Virus record (IMG/VR): IMGVR_UViG_3300035703_000245
Span: 1-35,689 of that record
From: a virus
Lineage: Duplodnaviria; Caudoviricetes
Reading direction: 5' to 3' (one strand)
DNA length: 35,689 bases
Part shown: positions 6,805-16,047 of the stretch, in pieces
Layout: every line of letters begins with the position of its first letter
How positions within the stretch are numbered: the first letter of the stretch is position 1
Position numbers and translations under genes: made by a program
The notes under the pieces: model-generated
What the model saw: the letters and a program-made list of their open reading frames with translations, nothing else
Databases searched by the model: none
What the model was told of the DNA's origin: nothing

Positions 6805-9057
6805 ATGGCGGACCCTACGGGCATTAATAAGGCGGGCGAAATCGCCAACGTGGGGTCTAACCCTGCCAAATCGTCGCGTGGTGACGACGATAAGATGGCA
6901 ACCATGCGCAGCCGTCTCCAGATGGCGATAACGGCCTACTCGGACACCCGCGAGGACGAGTTGGACGACCTGCGCTTTACGGCAGGCTCGCCCGACAACC
7001 AGTGGCAGTGGCCCGCTGACGTGCTCCAGACCCGCGGGGCGGTGCAGGGTCAGACGATCAACGCACGGCCCTGTCTGACCATCAACAAGCTGCCGCAGCA
7101 CGTCCGGATGGTGACGAACGAGCAGCGCCAAAACCGGCCCTCGGGCAAGGTCATCCCGGCCGACGACAACGCTGACATTCAGGTCGCTGAGATTTTTAAC
7201 GGTGTGGTGCGCCACATCGAGTACATGTCGGACGCCGACGTGGCCTACGACACGGCCTGCGACAATCAGGTCACCTACGGCGAGGGCTACATCCGCCTGT
7301 TGACCGAGTATTGCAACGACGATACGTTCGATCAGGACATCAAGATCGGCCGCGTGCGCAACGCTTTCAGCGTCTACATGGACCCCACGATCCAAGACCC
7401 GTGCGGCGCGGACGCCAAGTGGTGTTTCATCACCGAGGACATCCTCAAGACCGAATACGAGGAGATGTTCCCGGACGCTACGCCGATCAGCACGCTGATG
7501 GCGCAGGGCGTCGGCAACGAAAGCATGGGGCTGTGGCTCGTTGAGGACACCATCCGCATCGCGGAGTATTTCTACGTCGTCAACGAGCCGGGCGAGTTGA
7601 ACCTCTACCCGGACGGCACGACCAGCTTCACCGGCACGCCGGAAGACAATAACAATCGTGCCATGTTCGGCAAGCCCATCCGCCAGCGCCGGTCTGACCG
7701 CCGCAAAGTGATGTGGATGAAGACCAACGGCTTTGACGTGCTCGAAGAGCGCGAATGGCCGGGCAAGTGGATACCTGTCGTCCGTGTGGTCGGCAACGAG
7801 TGGGAAGTCGAGGGTCGCCTCTACATCTCTGGCCTTGTGCGCAACGCGAAGGACGCGCAGCGCATGTATAACTACTGGACCAGCCAAGAGGCAGAAATGC
7901 TCGCGCTGGCGCCCAAGGCACCCTTCATTGGCTATGGTGGCCAGTTTGAAGGCTACGAGATGCAGTGGAAGACCGCCAATACGACCAACTGGCCGTATCT
8001 GGAGGTCAATCCCGACGTGACGGATGGCGCGGGTAACGTCCTCCCTCTCCCGCAACGCGCGCCGCCGCCGTTGCCCCAGACTGGCCTCATCCAAGCCAAG
8101 ATGGGGGCTGCTGAAGACATCAAGGGCACCACGGGGCAGTACGACGCCTCGCTGGGTATTGGCGGCAACGAGCGGTCCGCGAAGGCCATTGTCGCCCGCG
8201 AAAAGCAGGGCGACACGGGCACCTACCACTACGTGGACAACCTCGCCCGCGCGATCCGGCACATCACCCGTCAGATCGTGGACCTGATCCCGAAGATTTA
8301 CGACACGCAGCGCATCGCCCGCATCATCGGCGTCGATGGCGAAGTCGGCATGGTCAAGTTCAACCCCATGCAGCCGGAACCCGTCAAGGAAGTCCGCGAC
8401 ATGGAGACGGGTGCGCTGATCGAGAAAATCTACAACCCCGGCGTGGGCACCTACGACGTGATGGTCACGACTGGCCCCGGCTACATGACCAAGCGTCAAG
8501 AGGCACTTGACGCCATGAGCCAGATTTTGCAGGCCAACCCGGCGCTCTGGCAGGTGGCCGGCGACCTATTCATCAAGAACATGGACTGGCCCGGCGCGCA
8601 GGAAATGGCCGAGCGGTTCAAGAAGATTTTGGACCCCAAGGTGCTGTCGGAGGGCGACCAGTCGCCCGAGATGATGGCTGCGCAGCAGCAGATCGAGATG
8701 ATGACGCAGGAGTTGAACCGCGTCACGGACATCCTGCAAAACATTCAGGACAGCACCGAGCAGCAGAAGGTCGAGATCGACCGCTACAAGTCGGAAATCG
8801 ACGCCTACAACGCCGAAACCAAGCGCATCGCGGCCGTCCAGAACTCCATGACGCCCGAGCAAATCCAAGACATCGTCATGGGCACCATCGCGGCCGCTCT
8901 CGACACGGGCGACCTGATCGACGGTGCGCCTGAGATGCGCGCGATGCCTGAAATGGCCGAAATGCAGCCCGAAATGGCGCCCATGATGCCCGAAGGGCAG
9001 ATGATGCCGGAAGAACCTATGATGCCCGAAGGACCGATTGAAAATGAGCCAATGTAA
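6805..9057 (+). CDS. Portal protein, P22 gp1-like
   Basis: 750 aa; RPCLTINKL, GLVRNAKDAQRMYNYW, YDVMVTTGPGYMTKRQEA and a C-terminal coiled coil. Confidence 0.92.
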   Translation: MADPTGINKAGEIANVGSNPAKSSRGDDDKMATMRSRLQMAITAYSDTREDELDDLRFTAGSPDNQWQWPADVLQTRGAVQGQTINARPCLTINKLPQHVRMVTNEQRQNRPSGKVIPADDNADIQVAEIFNGVVRHIEYMSDADVAYDTACDNQVTYGEGYIRLLTEYCNDDTFDQDIKIGRVRNAFSVYMDPTIQDPCGADAKWCFITEDILKTEYEEMFPDATPISTLMAQGVGNESMGLWLVEDTIRIAEYFYVVNEPGELNLYPDGTTSFTGTPEDNNNRAMFGKPIRQRRSDRRKVMWMKTNGFDVLEEREWPGKWIPVVRVVGNEWEVEGRLYISGLVRNAKDAQRMYNYWTSQEAEMLALAPKAPFIGYGGQFEGYEMQWKTANTTNWPYLEVNPDVTDGAGNVLPLPQRAPPPLPQTGLIQAKMGAAEDIKGTTGQYDASLGIGGNERSAKAIVAREKQGDTGTYHYVDNLARAIRHITRQIVDLIPKIYDTQRIARIIGVDGEVGMVKFNPMQPEPVKEVRDMETGALIEKIYNPGVGTYDVMVTTGPGYMTKRQEALDAMSQILQANPALWQVAGDLFIKNMDWPGAQEMAERFKKILDPKVLSEGDQSPEMMAAQQQIEMMTQELNRVTDILQNIQDSTEQQKVEIDRYKSEIDAYNAETKRIAAVQNSMTPEQIQDIVMGTIAAALDTGDLIDGAPEMRAMPEMAEMQPEMAPMMPEGQMMPEEPMMPEGPIENEPM

Positions 9058-9409
9058 CGAGTTCATCGGTATGCTGTTTCTGGCGCGCGATGTGACCCAT
9101 TCCGCGCACCTGAACACGCGCAGCTACGCCAAGCACAAGGCGTTGGGCAAATTTTATGGTCAAATCATCGACTTGGCGGACACTTTTGCGGAAGCTTATC
9201 AGGGCAAATACGGCCTGATTGGGCCGATTTCGCTGATGTCGGCCAAGAAGACCAACAACGTGCTGGAGTTCCTTGAGGGACAACTGGAAGACCTCATGGA
9301 AATGCGGTATAAGGTTGTCGAAAAGGAGTGCACCCCGCTCCAGAACATCATCGACGAGATTTTCGCGCTGTACTACGCGACGATCTACAAACTGAAATTC
9401 TTGGCGTGA
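9044..9409 (+). CDS. Ferritin/Dps-like four-helix protein (DUF5856-like)
   Basis: HSAHLNTRSYAKHKALGKFY...DTFAEAYQGKYG...NIIDEI...YKLKFL. Confidence 0.7.
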   Translation: MSQCNEFIGMLFLARDVTHSAHLNTRSYAKHKALGKFYGQIIDLADTFAEAYQGKYGLIGPISLMSAKKTNNVLEFLEGQLEDLMEMRYKVVEKECTPLQNIIDEIFALYYATIYKLKFLA

Positions 9410-9416
9410 GGTTAGC

Positions 9417-9722
9417 ATGGAACTTCTGAACCCTATGAGCAAGGCCGACTACCCCTCCTACTCGGTGGGGTATACCGGCACCGCGGGTAACACGACCGCA
9501 TGGCTGCCGGGGCCGCAGGGCGTCCTCGTGTGGTCGGATCAGGCGTGCTACGTCGAGGTCGGCGTCGGCGCGGTCGCTACGACTGCCAGCACCCCGATCC
9601 CGCCCTTTACGCCGATCCCGTTCACCGTGCCGCTCAACACGTCGGGCGCTCCGTGGCGCGTCAGCGCGCTTCGCGTCTCGACTGACGGCACGATCTACTG
9701 CAAGCCGATCAACAAGAACTGA
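9417..9722 (+). CDS. Hypothetical virion-region protein, beta-rich
   Basis: 101 aa; GAGGT RBS. Confidence 0.7.
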   Translation: MELLNPMSKADYPSYSVGYTGTAGNTTAWLPGPQGVLVWSDQACYVEVGVGAVATTASTPIPPFTPIPFTVPLNTSGAPWRVSALRVSTDGTIYCKPINKN

Positions 9723-9725
9723 CGC

Positions 9726-9887
9726 ATGAGTTTTGGCGTCGCCCTTCGTAACAGCGTTGCCCTCGGCCTTGGGGGCATTGTCGCGTTGTTTTCGGGTTAT
9801 GGACCAGATCAGGCGCAGGGCAACCTCGAAACGGAAAACGGCAACAATCTCGTCCAAGAGGACGGCGGGTTACTGCTTTTGGAGTGA
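9726..9887 (+). CDS. Small protein with an LETENG..LVQEDG..LLLE motif (putative fibre adaptor)
   Basis: 53 aa ORF filling the gap: MSFGVALRNSVALGLGG...GNLETENGNNLVQEDGGLLLLE. Confidence 0.65.
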   Translation: MSFGVALRNSVALGLGGIVALFSGYGPDQAQGNLETENGNNLVQEDGGLLLLE

Positions 9888-9890
9888 TAT

Positions 9891-10592
9891 ATGGCTGACG
9901 TAAAAATCTCTGCTTTGCCCGCTGCAACGACGCCTCTGGGCGGCACGGAAGTTCTGCCCATCGTGCAGAGCGGTTCGACCGTTAAGGTGTCCATTGCGGA
10001 TGTGACCGCCGGGCGCGCGGTCGCCGCAGCATCCCTTACAACCACCGGCGATACCGGAATTGGGACCGCCAGCCCCAGCTTCCGGCTACAGGTGGACGAT
10101 GCTTCCGGCGCGGACCAAGTCGCTTATTTTGTGAACACCAGCGCCGGCTCTTCGTTGGGCTGTATTGCGGCGTCAATCAACGGCGGCGGCAACAACACGA
10201 ACAGCTATCACTTTGCGGGTGTCACGCAGACGGTTGCGTTGTGGTATCTCTACGGCAACGGGACGACCTCTTACACCTCCGACATTCGCGTTAAGAAAAA
10301 CGTCGAGACGACCCGCGACGGTTATCTGGACGATGTCTGCAAGCTGCGGGTCGTCAAGTACAACTGGTACAACGACACCGATGACACGCCGCGTGAACTG
10401 GGCTTCATCGCGCAGGAAGTGGAACAGGTGTTCCCCGGCCTCGTGCAGGACGCTATGCACCCGACCAAAGACGGCGAAATCCACAAGGTGCTGAAGGGTA
10501 GCGTGCTGACCCCGATTTTGCTCAAGGCGCTTCAGGAGGCTAACGCCAAGATTGACGCGCTTGCGGCCCGCGTGGCCAAGCTTGAAAAGTAA
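9891..10592 (+). CDS. Short fibre with a C-terminal intramolecular chaperone (Peptidase S74) domain
   Basis: MADVKISALPAA N-terminus; TSDIRVKKNV, GFIAQEVEQVFP and LLKALQE coiled coil. Confidence 0.85.
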   Translation: MADVKISALPAATTPLGGTEVLPIVQSGSTVKVSIADVTAGRAVAAASLTTTGDTGIGTASPSFRLQVDDASGADQVAYFVNTSAGSSLGCIAASINGGGNNTNSYHFAGVTQTVALWYLYGNGTTSYTSDIRVKKNVETTRDGYLDDVCKLRVVKYNWYNDTDDTPRELGFIAQEVEQVFPGLVQDAMHPTKDGEIHKVLKGSVLTPILLKALQEANAKIDALAARVAKLEK

Positions 10593-10619
10593 GCGCCTAG
10601 CGCCCGAAGTTTGCTCAGA

Positions 10620-10648
10620 TTGCCAGACTGCAACAAATCATGTAGTCT
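10620..10648 (+). promoter_or_regulatory. Sigma70-type promoter for scaffold and coat
   Basis: TTGCCA-17 bp-TAGTCT in the intergenic gap. Confidence 0.6.
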
Positions 10649-10703
10649 GGCTTACAACCGTACTGGTGCGGATCATCAGGTGACTTGAAAGGGTCAAAAC
10701 CAC

Positions 10704-11498
10704 ATGGACGACAACGTCCCCACTGAAGCGGAAGTGCCCGCGCCGGAACTGGAAACCACGGCGGCTCCAGAACCCGTAGTAACCGAAACGCCGGAAGAAC
10801 AGCCTGTCGATCAGGAAGCGTCCAAGACCTTCACACAAGAAGAACTTGACGCGATTGTCGGCAAGCGGCTTGCAAGAGAACAGCGCAAATGGGAGCGCGA
10901 ACAGCAGCAACGTCTAGCTGAACAGGAAGCCCGTCAACGGTCGCAAGCGGCCGCCGACATCTACCCTGACCAGTTTGACACCTACGACGCTTACGCCGAG
11001 GCTCTGGCCGAACGCAAAGCGGAAGAGTTGCTGGCACAGCGGGAAGCCGCACGCCAGCAAACGGAGATGCTGGAAGCGTACCATGACCGTGAAGAGACGG
11101 CGCGGGACAAGTACGACGACTTCGATCAAGTCGCCTACAACCCGAACCTTCCCGTTACGGAACACATGGCCCTGAGCATCCAAGCCTCGGATGTTGGCCC
11201 CGATGTCCTTTACTGGCTCGGCTCCAACCCCAAAGAGGCCGGACGTATCGCGCGTCTCAACCCAATCTTGCAGGCAAAGGAAATCGGAAAGATTGAGGCT
11301 TCACTGTCCTCAAATCCGCCGGTCAGAAAAACTTCATCCGCCCCGGCACCGATTGCTCCTGTCACAGCCCGCTCCAATGGGGCGCCGCGATATGACACCA
11401 CCGACCCTCGCTCGACCAAGTCGATGAGCACGTCGGAGTGGATTGAGGCGGAACGGCTGCGGCAGATCAAGAAGTTCGAGGCACAACGTAACCGCTAA
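10704..11498 (+). CDS. Capsid scaffolding protein
   Basis: Acidic coiled-coil protein immediately before the coat gene; KTFTQEELDAIV, QAKEIGKIEA, MSTSEWIEAER. Confidence 0.85.
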   Translation: MDDNVPTEAEVPAPELETTAAPEPVVTETPEEQPVDQEASKTFTQEELDAIVGKRLAREQRKWEREQQQRLAEQEARQRSQAAADIYPDQFDTYDAYAEALAERKAEELLAQREAARQQTEMLEAYHDREETARDKYDDFDQVAYNPNLPVTEHMALSIQASDVGPDVLYWLGSNPKEAGRIARLNPILQAKEIGKIEASLSSNPPVRKTSSAPAPIAPVTARSNGAPRYDTTDPRSTKSMSTSEWIEAERLRQIKKFEAQRNR

Positions 11499-11513
11499 GT
11501 AGGGAATTAACCC

Positions 11514-12722
11514 ATGTCCAACAGCATTCTTACTATCGACATGATCACGCGGAAGGCTCTCGAAATCCTCGAGAACAACCTCGTGCTCACCCGCAACGTC
11601 AACCGTCAGTACGACGACAGCTTCGCAGTGGAAGGCGCCAAGATCGGCTCGACCCTGCGTATCCGTCTGCCTGACCGTGCCCTCGTCACCGATGGCGCCG
11701 CCCTTCAGGTGCAGGACGACAACGAGCAGTTCACCACCCTGACCGTTGCTTCGCAGAAGCACATCGGTGTGAACTTTACCACCGCCGAACTGACCATGCA
11801 GCTTGACGACTTCGCCGAGCGTGTTCTCAAGCCGCGTATCTCGCAGCTTGCTTCGAGCATCGACGCGGACGTTGCCAACGCCTTTCAGACCATCGGCAAC
11901 TCGGTCGGCACCCCCGGCGTCACCCCGGCGACTTCGGCCGTTCTGCTGGCTGCCCAGCAGAAGCTGAACGAGAACGCTGCCGTGATGTCGCCGCGCTACG
12001 CGACCGTCAACCCGGCTGCCAACGCTGGTCTGGTCGAGGGCATGAAGGGTCTCTTCAACCCCACCGACACTATCAGCAAGCAGTTCAAGAACGGCCTGAT
12101 GGGCACCGGCGTGCTCGGCTTCGACGAAATCAACATGTCGCAGTCGATCAAGCAGTTCACCACCGGCACCCGTAACGCCACCGGCGGTTCGACCGCAGCG
12201 GCCGTTACCTCGGAAGGCGCCAGCACCATCTCCATCACTGGCGCTGGTAATGGTCTGACCGTGAAGGCTGGCGACGTGTTCACCATCAACGGCGTGTTCG
12301 CTGTCAACCCGCAGACCCGCGAAAGCACCGGCTCGCTGTTCCAGTTCGTCTCGCTGACGAACGTGACGCTGGGTAGCTCGGGCGAAGGTACGATCACCGT
12401 GGCTCCGATTTACTCGGCCAACCACGCGCTCGCTACCGTCAACGTTCTGCCGGGCAACGGCTCGGCCGTCGTGTTCGTCGGTGCCGGCGGTCAGCAGTAC
12501 GCCCAAAACCTCGTGTACCACAAGGACGCGATCACCTTCGCCACCGCCGACCTCCTGCTCCCGCAGGGCGTCGATATGGCGTCGCGCGCTGTCCACAACG
12601 GCATCTCGCTCCGCGTTGTCCGTCAGTACGACATCAACAACGACCGTATGCCCTGCCGTATTGACGTTCTGTACGGCTACAACACGATCCGTCCGCAGAT
12701 GGCTTGCCGTCTCTGGGGCTAA
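11514..12722 (+). CDS. Major capsid protein, P22 coat-like
   Basis: 402 aa; LENNLV..RNVNRQYD, KIGSTLRIRLP, RIDVLYG; highly biased codon use. Confidence 0.93.
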   Translation: MSNSILTIDMITRKALEILENNLVLTRNVNRQYDDSFAVEGAKIGSTLRIRLPDRALVTDGAALQVQDDNEQFTTLTVASQKHIGVNFTTAELTMQLDDFAERVLKPRISQLASSIDADVANAFQTIGNSVGTPGVTPATSAVLLAAQQKLNENAAVMSPRYATVNPAANAGLVEGMKGLFNPTDTISKQFKNGLMGTGVLGFDEINMSQSIKQFTTGTRNATGGSTAAAVTSEGASTISITGAGNGLTVKAGDVFTINGVFAVNPQTRESTGSLFQFVSLTNVTLGSSGEGTITVAPIYSANHALATVNVLPGNGSAVVFVGAGGQQYAQNLVYHKDAITFATADLLLPQGVDMASRAVHNGISLRVVRQYDINNDRMPCRIDVLYGYNTIRPQMACRLWG

Positions 12723-12731
12723 CCTGAACTC

Positions 12732-12753
12732 GGCCCCCGGTTCGCCGGGGGCC
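12732..12753 (+). terminator. UUCG hairpin after the coat gene, no U-tract
   Basis: GGCCCCCGG-TTCG-CCGGGGGCC. Confidence 0.55.
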
Positions 12754-12776
12754 ACACCATTTGAAAGGATATTATC

Positions 12777-13181
12777 ATGGCTCTTCCTAACGGTGCCGGC
12801 GGTTATCAGGTCGGCGATGGCAACCTCAACGAAGTCATTCTTGGCACGCAGGTTGCTCCCCCCACCTACACTGGCGCGGCGCCCCTCACCGTGCTTGACC
12901 TCGAACAGGGTCTGATCGTGTTCAATTCCGGCAGCGGCGCCAACCTCGCTCTGCCGGCTGTCACCGGCGTTGGCGGTGTTGATGACCGTATCAGCAGCGC
13001 CAAGGTCAACTCGGCTTTCGACTTCGCTCTGCTCTCCACGGGCGCTGGCGCCGGCACGCTGACCGCGGGCACGGGCTGGACGCTGGTCGGTTCGGGCGCT
13101 GGCGAAGCTGGCAAGGCGGTTGTGTTCCGCGCTCGCAAGACGGGCGACGGCACCTACACCCTGTACCGCGTCGCCAACTAA
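12777..13181 (+). CDS. Putative capsid decoration protein
   Basis: 134 aa Gly/Ala/Thr-rich protein directly after the coat gene; FRARKTGDGTYTLYR. Confidence 0.65.
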   Translation: MALPNGAGGYQVGDGNLNEVILGTQVAPPTYTGAAPLTVLDLEQGLIVFNSGSGANLALPAVTGVGGVDDRISSAKVNSAFDFALLSTGAGAGTLTAGTGWTLVGSGAGEAGKAVVFRARKTGDGTYTLYRVAN

Positions 13182-13187
13182 TAGGGT

Positions 13188-13218
13188 TTGCCCCGGCTTC
13201 GGCCGGGGCAACTTCTTT
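13188..13218 (+). terminator. Intrinsic terminator, weak U-tract
   Basis: TTGCCCCGGC-TTCG-GCCGGGGCAA then CTTCTTT. Confidence 0.65.
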
Positions 13219-13229
13219 CGGAGGTTCCT

Positions 13230-13532
13230 ATGCCCAACACCAAAGCAGTCGGCGTCGCCTTTGCCGACCCTGAGTTCGAAAGCGTCACTGTCACCGGCCC
13301 TGTGTCGGCTACCGGCGCCGTGACTGGCGGTTCGATTGTTTCGACCGCTACCAGCGGCGCGGTCGCCAGCAACGCCAACGCGGGGATTTACGTTCTCAGC
13401 ACCGCGATCACCGCAGGTGTTACCACGACTTCGGTTCCGGCCGGTTCGCTTGGTATCACTACCAACGCGACTGGCATCGGCAAGCTGTTCTACTCGGACG
13501 GCACCAACTGGCAGTTCATGGCGATCACTTGA
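13230..13532 (+). CDS. Small virion protein (possible head fibre or decoration)
   Basis: ATG 13230 after GGAGG; MPNTKAVGVAFADP...KLFYSDGTNW. Confidence 0.7.
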   Translation: MPNTKAVGVAFADPEFESVTVTGPVSATGAVTGGSIVSTATSGAVASNANAGIYVLSTAITAGVTTTSVPAGSLGITTNATGIGKLFYSDGTNWQFMAIT

Positions 13533-13537
13533 TCCAG

Positions 13538-13565
13538 TGGACGGCCTTCGGGCCGTCCATTTTTT
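13538..13565 (+). terminator. Intrinsic terminator
   Basis: TGGACGGCC-TTCG-GGCCGTCCA then TTTTTT. Confidence 0.85.
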
Positions 13566-13576
13566 GAGAGGTTTTT

Positions 13577-13795
13577 ATGTCCGTAATCTACATGGTGCAC
13601 CCCGTGCACGGCGCTAAGGTCGCAATCAGCGAACACGAAGCGGAACATGATGAAATGTACGGCTGGATGCGCTATGATCCGACCACGCCTGCTGAAGAGG
13701 CGGACGAGGACGCGGACGAAGCCGAGGCTGCCCCCGTCAACGAGATGGCGGAGCCTAAGCGCCGTGGACGCCGACGCGCAGCGCAGGAAGACTAA
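13577..13795 (+). CDS. Hypothetical protein with acidic linker and basic tail
   Basis: HPVHGAKVA N-terminus, PKRRGRRR C-terminus; GAGG RBS. Confidence 0.7.
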   Translation: MSVIYMVHPVHGAKVAISEHEAEHDEMYGWMRYDPTTPAEEADEDADEAEAAPVNEMAEPKRRGRRRAAQED

Positions 13796-13798
13796 GTC

Positions 13799-14509
13799 AT
13801 GACCACTGCCGGCGACATCATTAATGGTTCGTTGCGCCTGCTGGGCGTTCTGGCCGAGGGCGAAGTGCCTTCGGCCGAAACGTCGCAGGACGCCCTGAAC
13901 GCCATGAACCAGATGATCGACAGTTGGAATACGGAACGACTGTCGGTGTTCGCCACGCAGGACCAGGTCTACATCTGGCCGGCTGGCCAGTTGTTCCGCA
14001 CGCTTGGCCCCACGGGCAACTTCGTCGGCAACCGCCCTGTTCTGCTCGACGACAGCACCTACTTCAAAGACCCCGGCACGGGGGTCAGCTACGGCATCAA
14101 GTTCATCAACCAGCAGCAGTACAATGGCATCGCGGTTAAGTCCGTCACGTCCACGTACCCGCAGGTGATCTTCGTCAACAACACATTCCCCGACGTGGAG
14201 ATGTATGTCTACCCGCGCCCGACGCGCGATCTGGAATGGCACTTCATCTCCGTCGAGGAACTGACCAAGCCGGCAACGCTCAACACGGAACTGCATTTTC
14301 CGCCGGGCTACCTGCGCGCCTTCCGCTACAATCTGGCGACCGAAATGGCCCCGGAGTTCGGCATGGAGCCGACCCCGCAGGTGCAGCGCATCGCCATGAC
14401 CAGCAAGCGCAACCTCAAGCGGATCAACAACCCTGACGACATCATGTCGATGCCTTACAGCATCGTGGCGACCCGCCAGCGGTTTAACATCTACGCAGGC
14501 AATTACTGA
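13799..14509 (+). CDS. Head-to-tail adaptor, P22 gp4-like
   Basis: TAGDIINGSLRLLGVLAEGE...ALNAMNQMIDSW...AFRYNLA; syntenic position. Confidence 0.75.
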   Translation: MTTAGDIINGSLRLLGVLAEGEVPSAETSQDALNAMNQMIDSWNTERLSVFATQDQVYIWPAGQLFRTLGPTGNFVGNRPVLLDDSTYFKDPGTGVSYGIKFINQQQYNGIAVKSVTSTYPQVIFVNNTFPDVEMYVYPRPTRDLEWHFISVEELTKPATLNTELHFPPGYLRAFRYNLATEMAPEFGMEPTPQVQRIAMTSKRNLKRINNPDDIMSMPYSIVATRQRFNIYAGNY

Positions 14510-16047
14510 TGAAGACGCCGATCCTTGGGTCGGCGTATGTCGCCCGCAGCGTCAACGCCGCCGACAACCGCATGGTCAACCTCTTTCCGGAAATCGTTCC
14601 GGAAGGTGGCAAGGAGCCGGCGTTTCTCCAACGCGCACCGGGTCTGGTGCGGTTGCTGACCGCCGGCACCGGCCCGATCCGCGGGCTGTGGCAGTTTGGC
14701 GGCTACGGCTATGCCGTGTCTGGGAACACGCTCTACCAGATCGACACGAACTGGAACGCAACGGCCAAGGGGTCGGTTGGCGGTGGCGGCCCGGTCAGCA
14801 TGGCCGACAACGGCACGCAGCTTTTTATCGCGGCCAACCCTGACGGCTACATCTACAATTCCGCCACTGATGTGTTTCAGCAGATCACGGACCCTGATTT
14901 CCCCGGCGCGGTAACGGTCGGCTATCTGGACGGCTATTTCGTGTTCAACGAACCGAACAGCCAAAAGATTTGGGTCACTGCGCTGCTCGACGGCACACAG
15001 GTTGACCCGCTGGAGTTTGCGAGCGCCGAAGGCAACCCAGACAACGTGGTGGCGGTCTTTGTCGATCACCGCGAGGTCTGGGTCTACGGCACCAACTCGG
15101 CCGAAGTCTGGTACAACGCTGGCACGCTCGACTTTCCGCTGGCGCGCATCCAAGGGGCGTACAACGAACTCGGCTGCGCTGCGCCGTACTCCATCGCCAA
15201 GATGGACAACCAGATTTACTGGCTCGGCAAGGATGCCCGCGGACAGGGGATGGTGTTTCGCGCCGCCGGCTACATGGGCCAGCGCATCTCGACGCACGCT
15301 ATCGAGTGGCAGCTTCAGCAGTACACCGATCTGTCGGACGCGGTTGGCTACACCTACCAGCAGGACGGCCACAGCTTTTACGTTCTAAACTTTCCCAGCG
15401 CCGACACGACTTGGGTGTTTGACGTTGCGACGGGGGCTTGGCATGAGCGCGCGTCGTTCTCGAACGGCGAGTTTAACCGGCACCGCGGCAACTCGCAGAT
15501 GTTCTTCAACGGCGAGACCGTTATCGGCGACTACCAGAACGGCAAAATCTACAAGTTCGATCTGGATGTGTACGCCGACGACGGTCAAATCCAGAAGTGG
15601 CTGCGCTCATGGCGCGCGCTTCCGACCGGCGCGAACAATCTAACGCGCACGATCCAGCACGGGATGCAGCTTGACTGCGAAACCGGCGTCGGGCTGAACG
15701 GCTTCTCGCCGCTGGATGTTTTCAAGCTGCAAACAGAAAGCGGCTTCCCTCTCATCACGGAAAGCGGCGACCCGATTACTACGGAAACCGTTGTTTCGCC
15801 CAACCCAACGGTGCAGGGCGCCGACCCGCAGGTCATGCTGCGCTGGTCGGATGATGGCGGCCATACGTGGTCGAACGAGCACTGGAAGTCGATGGGCCGC
15901 ATCGGCCGCTATGGCTTTCGCACGATCTGGCGGCGTCTCGGGGCCACGATGAAAATTCGTGACCGCGTGTACGAACTGTCGGGCACCGATCCGGTTCGCA
16001 TCTACATCATGGGCGCGGAACTGATCTTGACTGGGACTCGCGCTTAA
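14509..16047 (+). CDS. DNA stabilization/tail hub protein, P22 gp10-like
   Basis: 512 aa; VSMADNG, YLDGYF, TWVFDVATGAWHER, MLRWSDDGGHTWS. Confidence 0.85.
   Translation: MKTPILGSAYVARSVNAADNRMVNLFPEIVPEGGKEPAFLQRAPGLVRLLTAGTGPIRGLWQFGGYGYAVSGNTLYQIDTNWNATAKGSVGGGGPVSMADNGTQLFIAANPDGYIYNSATDVFQQITDPDFPGAVTVGYLDGYFVFNEPNSQKIWVTALLDGTQVDPLEFASAEGNPDNVVAVFVDHREVWVYGTNSAEVWYNAGTLDFPLARIQGAYNELGCAAPYSIAKMDNQIYWLGKDARGQGMVFRAAGYMGQRISTHAIEWQLQQYTDLSDAVGYTYQQDGHSFYVLNFPSADTTWVFDVATGAWHERASFSNGEFNRHRGNSQMFFNGETVIGDYQNGKIYKFDLDVYADDGQIQKWLRSWRALPTGANNLTRTIQHGMQLDCETGVGLNGFSPLDVFKLQTESGFPLITESGDPITTETVVSPNPTVQGADPQVMLRWSDDGGHTWSNEHWKSMGRIGRYGFRTIWRRLGATMKIRDRVYELSGTDPVRIYIMGAELILTGTRA

Noticed and set aside
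8930-9057. Met/Pro/Glu repeats at the portal C-terminus
   Set aside because: Low-complexity tails are common on P22-like portals, and there is no exact DNA repeat suggesting a separate element.
9885-9893. In-frame TGA readthrough fusing ORF 9726 to the fibre
   Set aside because: The frames match, but GGAG directly upstream gives the fibre its own RBS and there is no other sign of recoding.
11334-13211. 625 aa minus-strand ORF, and similar long antisense ORFs (6706-8499, 21533-23635, 24215-25540, 33510-34979)
   Set aside because: Shadow frames of high-GC genes with strong codon bias; no recognisable motifs, and they lie opposite clear phage genes.
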